A DNA stretch of 64,000 nt from the NCBI GenBank assembly GCA_002189035.1, contig NEEC01000004.1:5580001-5644000 (forward strand), given 5' to 3'. The notes beneath the pieces were generated by a model that was not told the DNA's origin, searched no databases, and worked only from the letters and a program-made list of their open reading frames with translations. This stretch comes from Utricularia gibba (lineage: Eukaryota; Plantae; Magnoliophyta). The position numbers were made by a program, and so were the translations under genes. Positions 54,501 through 64,000 of the stretch are shown here, in pieces. Position 1 is the stretch's first letter, and every line of letters starts with the position of its first letter.

Positions 54501-55729
54501 CCCTCGCAGACTCATTTGTTTCTTATGAATAATATCCACTATATGGTCAGATCTGTCCGCAGGTATGTGAATGTCACAAGATATATAGCACTACTTGCTC
54601 GTACACTTTTGCATGTGTTGCATGGATTCGTGGCTTTTAAGACACCCAATTTGATGCGAACCTTTGCATAACTGGTCGTGCTCATTTTTGTTATTTCTTA
54701 GAAAATGCTTTTTACAAACATCAACTTCTAGTTTATTGCTTAGAATTACATGTTTGGTCCTTCAATACACAGCCTTGAATCCTAGAACCTCCTTATCATA
54801 TCCTCTGGGCTTGACTTGGAATTCCTATGCCACATCATGAAGTTCTCTTAAATGCTATTATATATTTAATAACGCAGCCTGATTGGATTCATAAAATATT
54901 AATTCATTTCACACCTTGGAACCTGGCACTGCAGATCTGAAGCCAAAGATTTGCTAGGGGATGATTGGGTACAGAGGCATCGAAGAATTGTTCAACAACA
55001 TGCAAACCAGTATAAGAGGATTGCTTGGGCAAAGGTATGGGCATATTATGTTCGAGTTTTATTTAGTAAGAAGGTAGCTTCCCTTATTTGTTTCCTGGAT
55101 ATGCTAGATATCAGTGACTCTTGACTTGTTTGTCATCATGCACTGAGGTTGGAGTGTATTTTTGTCCTTTCTGCCGCAGATTCTTCAGTGCCTCTCCGTT
55201 CAAGGCCATGCTTCATCCGGTGGCAGTGGCTCTAATGCTGAAGGAAACAGCAGTGGAGTTTCCAGAACTGTTATCAAAGAAAGGTGTTTAGTAGAGATCC
55301 GTATCTGATAATAATTTCTTGTTCTTTTTATCCACATGTGCATGTCTTTTCTAGATTGAAGACGTTTAATTCACAATTTGAGGAGCTTCATCAAAGACAA
55401 TCCCAATGGACAGTTCCTGATAGTGAGCTTCGCGAGTCTCTGAGGCTTGCTGTAGCAGAGGTCTTGCTTCCAGCATATCGCTCATTCATCAAAAGATACG
55501 GGTAGGCCTTCATTGCCTTTTTTTGGTAGACTGCATATATGCTGCTAAATTGGTTTTCAGCTCACGACCATCACCTAACCAGAGAGCTGCTGCCTCTTTC
55601 CGTCTACTCAGGGCTCTAGTTGAAAATGGAAAGAACGCCCAGAAGTACATCAGATACACGCCGGAGGATCTTGAGCACATGCTTGGTGAATTCTTTGAGG
55701 GCAAGACTTTGAATGAGCCCAGTCGTTAA
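51586..55729 (+). CDS. EXO70A1: Exocyst subunit EXO70A1, 12 exons
   Basis: SILGSFDHRLSALENAMRPTQ|IRTHAIRRAHENIDKTLK, KSKRSPEKLFVLLDMYE, DGTVHPLTSYVINYVKFL, FLMNNIHYMV, QWTVPDSELRESLR..LLPAYRSF, KYIRYTPEDLEHMLGEFFEG. Confidence 0.96.
52228..52416. repeat. Tandem duplication with about 95-bp period in EXO70A1 intron 1, each copy carrying a hairpin
   Basis: caccatatttttcca(a)acttaccca..gccagtggtct..agacactggcgaaccgtgagaag occurs at 52228 and 52323. Confidence 0.9.
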
Positions 55730-57515
55730 GAATTGACGGGAGAACGAAGTCCTCTGCTCATTGCTGGAGAGCTGATATACAGTCACCTTCTCAAACATAT
55801 CCTTCGATTGATCATATACCCTGTTATTTGTTTGCAGGAATGGGTGATGCGTTCTGTACGGACCGCGATGTGCCTCTTCCTACTCTCTTTACTGTAGGAA
55901 TTGTATCTCTACCAGGATTTGCTTGTAAAGAATGTGCGGATGATGCCTAAAATCCTCGTGTGACTCATCCCAAAAAAACCTGCGTTTGTCTACTTGTGTC
56001 ACACGTAATCGAATTATTTTTTAGAATTTCATTTTGATATTTTTAAATTCGCCACCGAAATCAAAAGATGTGATGAAACAACTATGTCGTACCCAAACAT
56101 GTCTTTCACCTTGTGTATTTTATACGAGCCGTGTCCGGTTGTAGTGCACGTCGTATTCCGATTAATTCCTGCCTCGTATACTCGACCAGTGAGCACTTGT
56201 TGTTCCAGGTTGTGTGTGTTCTTTACAAGGTGTGTACATTGTGTTTTACTACAGATCCCCAGCTTATCAACAATGTCGGTATACAGAAAAATACCGAGAA
56301 ACCTCCTGACCTGGAAGGATTTTGATGCCTTTTTTACAGTGGCAGGCAAGCCTTTGTCTGAACGACTAACTACTTTGTGCAGCATAATTACAGCTTGGAT
56401 CTCTAGGTTGACAACAAAAAGTACAAGTTTTCCCGGGGCAGGACACAGATGTGATCTCTCTTCTCAAGTTATTCGTCATGATGGCTTGTAGAACGAAACC
56501 AACACAGGAGGGTTTCAATAACCAAGGTTGAACGTGTTCTAATGAACAGTTTCTTCTCCCGAGCCTGCACAAGTATGCATGGAACATGTATGACTGCTTG
56601 GCTGAACAATTGAACATAAAATGCCCCACAACAAAAAAAAAATGGCAGGGAACAGTATTTTCAAAACCAAACAAGCCTGGACAATAATTATGAATATTTT
56701 AGGGTTGAAAGGAGAGGGAAAGGTGACACACTCGTTACTTTCTATGCGATTTGATCATCTTTTTGACCGAGCCATCTTCTTCGTTTGCAAGACCGCGGCC
56801 CACACTATCTGTTGCTGCTTTCTTTTGCTTTAAATCCATACCACTGATGAATGTGAATCTCATGACTCGATCATATTCGAGGGATCCGAGGCACTCTTCG
56901 TTTCTGTCTGATAAGAGAGAGAATGAGGATGTCAGAGAAAGAGAATGATGGGGGAGGGGAAAAAGCGGTGGTTAGTTTAGCCTACATTTTTACATATATA
57001 ATTGGGAGGTTGGGTTGGAGATCCGAGGCTTCCCCACTCCCATGCAAAATATATTTGTCAGTTGTAATGGTAGGAAAAGGAAAAGCAGTCTAGGAGTATA
57101 TGACTGTGATCATATTTTGGCAGGGCCTTCTCCCTCATCTTTCCCATCTTTTCCTAAAGGAATACTGGAAAAAGATGTATGTTTGGAAACGCTGTCTCCA
57201 CTGCGACTACCTATCTACATTAAACCTTAACCCTCCTACCCTCTTGCTTTGATACTCACCACCCACACTCACACCAATAGACATACAGATATTCACCAGG
57301 AACCAAAAAACGCAAGTTGCATTTCTCATGCAAATGACCGTGAACCATTTCTACATTACTAAAAAATTATTATTCAACTTAGGATAAAGGGTTTGTGCAG
57401 AGGATTTGGTAATTAACAATAACCACAATTTGGTTTTAATTCTTTCCGACCCTCTCTCGCCATTATGAAATTGAATTTCTGTAAGGCAGCTTTCAAATAA
57501 TATTGTAAGTGGGGT

Positions 57516-57536
57516 TCTCTCTCTCTCTCTCTCTCT
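57516..57536. repeat. (TC)n microsatellite
   Basis: About 10 units. Confidence 0.85.
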
Positions 57537-57922
57537 TTTTTAGTTTCCATGAGGCAATCGCTATCACTGGTGTCATAATGGGATCATAGCTCGAGGCTGT
57601 GATGACATTGACTGCCACTAACGATCAGCGATCTTCTAAAAGCATAAAATTGCAATGCCTTCCATGGTTAGGAGCAGTGTTGCAACAGAGGTTTCGAATA
57701 CAGCAGCACTCCATCACTGGTGAAAAATATCAGAACAGCACTGCATGAATTAATTCTACGTTGAAGATCTAACTAACTATACCACCACAAATAGAATAAG
57801 TTACCCAGTTGAGTGCTCAAACCAGGTTAACTGCATGTGAGTGAAAACACAAAACAACTCGTAACAGGCTGAGGAGAACAAGTGGAAAGAAGATACACTA
57901 TCATAGCTGTATGATCTTAATG

Positions 57923-60590
57923 TCACATAACAAGAGGTCTGAATACTAGTTGCTTGTCCACAAGATCAAGAATGCTGCAAGAACCTGTTTTGTTGTTTTG
58001 ATCTTCATCTTCTGGAGCAACGTTCAAATCAAGCAAAAGCTTATGCCCCATTTTTTCACCGCGGTCTTCTTCGTCATTCTGGTTTTTATCCACGCTAGAA
58101 AATGGAGAAGCAGCACCTCCTAATCCGCAGTTGAAGCGTTCACAGCAAAAAATGACAACAGCATCCTTGAAATGAACACGCTCACCATTGTCAAGTGGAA
58201 CGATCCCGTCTTGAATTGCTCTCGTGAAACCTTTAAGAGAACAACGATCAAGTGCATCAACATCTTCCAAGTAAAATACACGACTAGGATTATCTCGTAC
58301 AGCATCCAAGAATCTGTCCCAAAGACTTGAACCCTGCTCATTTCGTGACCTCTTACACCTAGAATCTTCGGTTGAATCGTCTCTGATTGTTGAGAAATTG
58401 CTGAGGCCGATTGACATGAAGTTGTTATAGGAGCCAAACATGGTTTTTGCTAGCTCCCTCGCCATGGTTTCTTTGCCATAAGAGTCAGCACCTAAGAAAA
58501 AAAACCAACTTTCTTCTCTGTTCTCTACGCTACCCCTTTTGCTCATTTTTACACCAGATCTACTTCTAATGATTGCAGAAGCAACATCAGGAATGATATC
58601 TTTTTGCCATGGAACCTTGTTCTCCAATGCTCTGCAAAGAATTTTCAGGGTATCAGAGTTTCCCTTGTCAAATTTAAAGGGGATGTCCATGTCTTCGTTT
58701 GCTTCACTAGAGGAAGCAGAATTAGGACTAGAACTTGGGTTTGATCGAAGCTCAGGTTTTGAAGAGGACAAGAACGACGGCACACTAGGTTTGCAAACCT
58801 CACCGTCATTTTCATGGAGAAAGACAGGTTGCTCTCTAGGAGGTCGAATGGGCTCAAGTATCTCTTGCCAGTTCAGAACCATAGATTTTTTTGGGGGATT
58901 CGATGATTCTGAGGTGGAGGAAGATCGCGAGTGTGAGGATGTGCATAAACCTTCTTCAAGAAAATGATGTTTCTTGTGAGCAGAAGCACAGATTGAGTTC
59001 CATTTCATGAACAGATCCCTAAATTTCTGGGATTCCTGCAAAAGCAATCCAACGTCAAATGACAACTGTGAATTTTAAGATGTATCATGCATAGGAAATT
59101 TCATTTAACCTACATGATCAGCATCGCAATGCACTCGTCTCCTGTCAGCCTTGTATTGTTGCAACCATGATGGCAAGCTTGAGCTTGAAGCATTAGGGAT
59201 GAACTCATGCATCACAGCCTGGGCTTCTTTCTTGAAATTCACTGAACAATCTGAACAGAGCTTATGCTTAATTCCATTCTTTCCCCAAAACCAGTTAAAA
59301 TCATCTGGTTGTTCCAGCTCCTCCTTTACCGTATTACCACTGCAAGCATGGAAATGGAGAAAGATTCAAATAACTCACAAAGAAAATTTTCAAGTGACAT
59401 CACCAGATTACCGGCAAAAGAAATTACTTGTTGAGTCCCAGTCCGAGGCCGAGAGCCAAGCTGCTGAAGGGTAATCTAAGAAAGTCAAGACTCCAAAGAG
59501 CCTCCAGGGACAGCCTTCCTGTTTTACATTTATAATACGTCTGAGATGATGCGATTCCTATGAACCAGAGCTTCCTGCTTTCAGCTTCTTCGTTTATGAG
59601 CCTGCTAAGCTCCATAACGATGTACTCCACTGGACAGTAGGAAACATCCTGTTGTTCTCCATGCTCGCACCAGAATCTGGAGATCCAGTCAAGATTCCCC
59701 ACATACAGAACTACTCCACGACTAATGCAGGATTTTACAAGGGATCTCAGCTCTCCAATTTTTACTTCAAATTCATTCCTTGAAATATTTTTCAGGCTGG
59801 AAAGGGGAACGCTTATGAATTGCACGTACTTCATGTGAGAAGGAATCATCTCCTTGTTCTCGAACTTGCCTATGACCCCTTTCACTAAACTCTCTGCGGT
59901 GCCTATGCTTTCACTCACGATGACCATGTTCATTGATTTCTTACTCGCCATGGACTCTAAAACGGTCATCACATCATCATTGTGATATCTATTCCGTCTT
60001 GGGCTGAGGGAAGTCAATGCTGGTGGCATAGTAGTCGCAAATGAGACGTTCGAGTTGTAATCCTTGGACTGAATCTGCTTATCCGAAGACAAAGCTTGCT
60101 CGACATTGGTCTTAACTTGAGTACTGGAAAAACCAGCTTCTCTCATGACCCTGCTCACACTTGGATCATCGAGGATGGAGATAATCAGCTGCTCGATCTC
60201 AACTTTGGGGGCTAATACATGCTGCTGTTGGTTTTCAACGGAGCCACGGCGCTGGTGTGCCTGAGCACGCTTAAAGGCTGCAACGAGTGCATTAGAAAGA
60301 CAAGGAAGATGAGCATTTGGAGGGAGAAGTGGACTAGAGGCACAAGTGGGAAGCCGGTTGAGTGCAACATTGAAGCAGAGATCAAGGGCTTTGCACTGCA
60401 GTGGATGGGAATGCGAATGCAGGCATGCCCCTTTCAGCAGCCCTGTTGATGAAGAAAGCATAGCACTCGCTACATGGAGAGGAGTCACTTGCGCATGGCC
60501 CCTTCTTCTGGCAAGAGCAACTGCTTGCTTAACAATGGCAGCTGCTTCAAGTGTGAGAGATTGATGAAGAGTGTAACCTCCGGTTCTCAT
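57923..60590 (-). CDS. SMXL3: SMAX1-LIKE 3 (SMXL3/4/5 clade), 3 exons
   Basis: MRTGGYTLHQSLTLEAAAIVKQAVALARRRGHAQVTPLHVA, SHPLQCKALDLCFNVALNRLP, LISILDDPSVSRVMREAGFSS-like motif, LPSWLQQY, GKETMARELAK, EAR-like LDLNV; no RGKT motif. Confidence 0.92.
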
Positions 60591-62171
60591 TTTGCTTGCG
60601 CAACAAGAATTTTCAGCTACACATTTTAAATGAGAATGATGTGGCTCCCCAAGTCTGGTTTAATAAGAAAAACTGACGAGAGATTTGTGCCTTTCTTGGC
60701 GTTGTTAGTTTTGTGTGCTAAAGTTCTCAAAAAACACAACAAAAAAAAAAGAAAAGAAAAAAAAAGAAAAGAAAAGAAAAGACAAAAGGATATATTGAAT
60801 GAAAAGTGGATGCCATGTGAGGCGAAGGTATGCTGTTCCTGTGGCTTTTTCTCTTTCTCTCGCTTCTTGCGCAGAATAAAGATTGATTTGTTGAACGCGA
60901 AGTTAGACTGAGTCCCTTTTATGGAAAGCAACAACATTTGATACTGCTGATGACACCCTAAAGCTCATTTGGGCCCAAAAAAATGTCATTTGGCAACATC
61001 TGATCATTCTTTATTCCAAATCTGCCAACAAAGAGTGACAGCATGAGGAAGGGAACACATGAGCACCAGTTGAAGCAAGGGAAATAAGATGCTGGCTTTG
61101 TCTTTTAAATGTCGGTTTGTATTAGCGAGATTTGCATTAACTTGAGATATTGTGCCTCCACACATCTCCCTCTCTCTCATTCTTTTTCAGTTTGAAACAA
61201 AAAGCCATTCCATGGTTGATTGATGGAATAAAGAGCTTAAAGCAGCAAGCTTTTCCATCATGCTTCAAGTGTTTTATTTCATGAAAAATGACCATAATCA
61301 TGTTCGTCCGTGTTCTTATGTATAACAGTGCAACTGTAAATGGTAAATACAATTTATGCACTTGCAGGTGTCAATGGATTACACAGTGCCAACATTTTGA
61401 TTTATGGGACTGAATTATAAATAAAATGTCACACAAGTGTTCATCGTGTTTCTATTCAGATTTGTACCCCATATGATTGAAAATGTTCCTGGAAATGCTG
61501 CTGCTGCAATAATAATAAGAATAAGAATAATAGTAATAGTGATAATAATGTACTAAATAAATTAACCTGATAACACCACGAAATAGATTCTAGGCAATCC
61601 TCACCGGTTTCATCGCCTTTTTTTTCAGTTAGCGGTGATTGTTTTTTTTTCAGCTTCATAGTTCTGTTCATAGTTTTTTTTTTTTTTTGATGTGTTATTG
61701 GTTGTTATAGGTTGGTTAACCATCTGGTTGGTTAATTCTGTTTTGGTTATGGGACAGTGTTGCCCAGATTTGAACTAATTGGAAAGTATGATTCGCTTTT
61801 TTGTGTCTATGTTTCATTGAGAAAGAAAAGATACGCCATGGCTCCCATGAATTGCTTGTGGTGCTATGCTGAATGTGGTGTGTTTTCTTTTCGTGTCTGT
61901 AAACTACATTAATCATGGATTACAATCAAAATATTGAGGAAAGATATCATGTTGCCTCAGAGATAGCCTTCTCCTACCTCCAGAATGAGCCGAATGACAC
62001 TGTTATACTCGTATACTTGGAATCATAAGCACACACACACAAAGAAAACTATGCTGAAGTATGTGGGATACAGGCCCTTGATGCGTGTTGTTTCCAACAT
62101 ATTTCCTTTGAAAATTTCGTGCCTTATTTATTTATTTATCCGATAGTAGCTTTGTTGGGAGGGATCTCACC

Positions 62172-63352
62172 ATGGCCGAGAGTCATGAGAATGATAAGAA
62201 TATTCAAATACGGAAGATCAAAAAATTGATTAAGGCTCCAGAGAATTAGTACTAGCATGATTTCACTCATCATTCCACCTGGTGATCAAATAGCACGTGT
62301 GACTAAGATGCTTGCTGAAGAGTATGGCAGTGCTTCAAATATCAAGAGCAGGGTAAATCTTTAGTGTGTGCTTGGTGCCATTACTTCTGCTCAGCAGAAA
62401 CTTAAACTGTATAAGAAGGTTCCTCTTGCTAATGGCCTGGTGCTATACATTCGAACTAAAGTAACAGAAGATGGAAAAGAAAGAAAGATGACATTCGACT
62501 TCGCTCCCTTCAAGCCCATAAATGTTTCCACACGGAGCCCTTGAGTCAGCTCTTGGAATCTGATGAGAAGTTAGGCTTTATGGTTATGGATGGCAACTGG
62601 ACCCTTTTTGGGACCTTAAGTGGCAACACCAGGGAGGTGCTGCACAAATTCACAGTTGATCTTCCCAAGAAACACGGAAGAGGTGGACAGTCAGCTCTTC
62701 GATTTGCGGGTCTTTGAATGGAGAAGCGGCACAACTATGTGAGAAAAACTGCTGAACTAGCGACTCAGTTTTTCATAAACCCTGTTACTGTTACTGGTCA
62801 GCCCAAAACATCAGGCCTAGCACTTGCTGGATCAGCTGATTCCAAGACTGAACTAAGTCAGTCAGCTATGTTCGATCCTGGCCTGCAGGCCAAGATATTA
62901 AATGTTGTTGATGCTGCTTATGGAGGGGAAAATGGTTTCAACCAGGCCTTTGAGTTATCTGCTGATATTCTTTCCAACGTGATGTTTATCCAAGAGAAGC
63001 GCTTTTTTGAAGAAATCAGTCAAGACACAAATGCATTTTTAGCGTGGACACATTAAAAGCTTTGGAGATGGGAGCTGAGGAAACATTGCTAGTGTGGGAA
63101 AACTTGGACGGAAACACTCTCAAAAACAGCCACGGGAGCAGAATTCTGCTGGTTTAGGAGAAGAAGCCATTACTGGAATGGTTTGCCGAAGAGTGCAGAA
63201 ATTTTGGGTGCCCTCTTGAGTTTTTGACAAATCGGTCTCAAGAGGGTTCTCAGTTCTGCCGTGGTTTTGGTGGCATCCCTCGTTACCAGGTCGACATTCG
63301 CTCCTATGATGAATCATCTGATGAAGGAGAATATGATGTTGATTCAGATTAG
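62172..63352 (+). pseudogene. eRF1: Eukaryotic release factor 1 pseudogene
   Basis: [62 protein letters not shown] are recognisable, but stops occur at 62247, 62362, 62715 and later, with several frameshifting deletions. Confidence 0.95.
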
Positions 63353-64000
63353 GTTGAGTTGCGATGCCATTTTCAACCATGTAACTTCACCATCGGCATG
63401 CTGCATATTAGTTTGTGCGTTATATACAACCAATTCGGTGCACCTCGTCGTAGCGCTTCCGGTTTAAACTGAACTGTGTTTTTTCTTTTTGAAGTATATG
63501 CCATACTGACTTTTCTTGTGTTACGTGCAATGAAAACTTGGCCGAATTTACTCAGACTTCTATGTTTGTGCTGCTAGAAATGACAAAAGTTGAGACTACG
63601 CGAAGGCCAGAAGCCATGCCTGCTGCTTCTGGATGTGTTCATATATAAATAAATCCATGTGTCTGCCGCTGCTCTACTTTTCTTTTCATAATGCAGAGTT
63701 GGTAGCTTTTTAAAATCTGCTTACCATGTCATGCTGCAAGATGCAGGAGGCCATTCAATACTCTTGTATGTCAAAAGGCAAGTGTCAGAAGTGAACAGGC
63801 TATTCTGTTTTCTTTTTGTATATTATGTGTGCAACTCATTTTTGAGTGAATTTGAACGATGTGAGTTATCATGTCAACCAATCTCCAAGCAAAACAGAAT
63901 TTACAAACAGCTGCTCGCTGGAACCTCTTTTACAGTCGTCTGAACAGAATGGAAACGATAAAAATAGCATTCTGCGGGAGACTCCGACTCACCCCTGTCG

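Noticed and set aside
56029-56491. Overlapping 118-135 aa ORFs on both strands downstream of EXO70A1
   Set aside because: No recognisable family, non-ATG or weak starts, and stops in the alternative frames; not supportable without a blastx search.
63353-63472. 39 open codons after the eRF1 stop, considered as a remnant of the plant eRF1 readthrough/NMD autoregulatory signal
   Set aside because: An open run this long arises by chance about 15% of the time, the TAG-G context is not a known leaky one, and the gene is already dead upstream.
63607-63633. 8-bp hairpin CCAGAAGC..GCTTCTGG downstream of the eRF1 pseudogene
   Set aside because: Too short to distinguish from chance.

Overview
This is gene-dense eudicot nuclear DNA with about 20 protein-coding loci in 64 kb, introns mostly 70-300 nt, and no recognisable intact transposon. 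That pattern fits a miniaturised genome such as Utricularia or Genlisea, but the species is an inference. Gene order: BAM1/2-type LRR-RLK (5' part); a tandem bHLH18/25-type pair, in which one copy has lost the basic region and helix 1 in frame and the other is one base short before its ACT-like domain; EAF; an uncharacterised SVPDFS..LRKENRKP protein; a DUF1645/MAKR-like protein; RPS7; ABA4; RBCS; KCS6/CER6; GGPPS; CSTF64; PERK4-like kinase; SDH1; mitochondrial RPL6; ATG4; FPP/VETH; Pelota; CPK1/2; VPS60; EXO70A1; SMXL3; and a decayed eRF1 pseudogene. Four otherwise intact genes are each exactly one base short, three of them at or beside short G/C runs. Long-read consensus error is the simplest explanation, but it is untested. 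The best novelty candidate is the spliceable, in-frame helix-2 + ACT-only bHLH derivative, a possible microProtein. I found no rRNA, tRNA or CRISPR features. All gene models were spliced and translated by eye, and family names come from remembered sequences rather than a database search.
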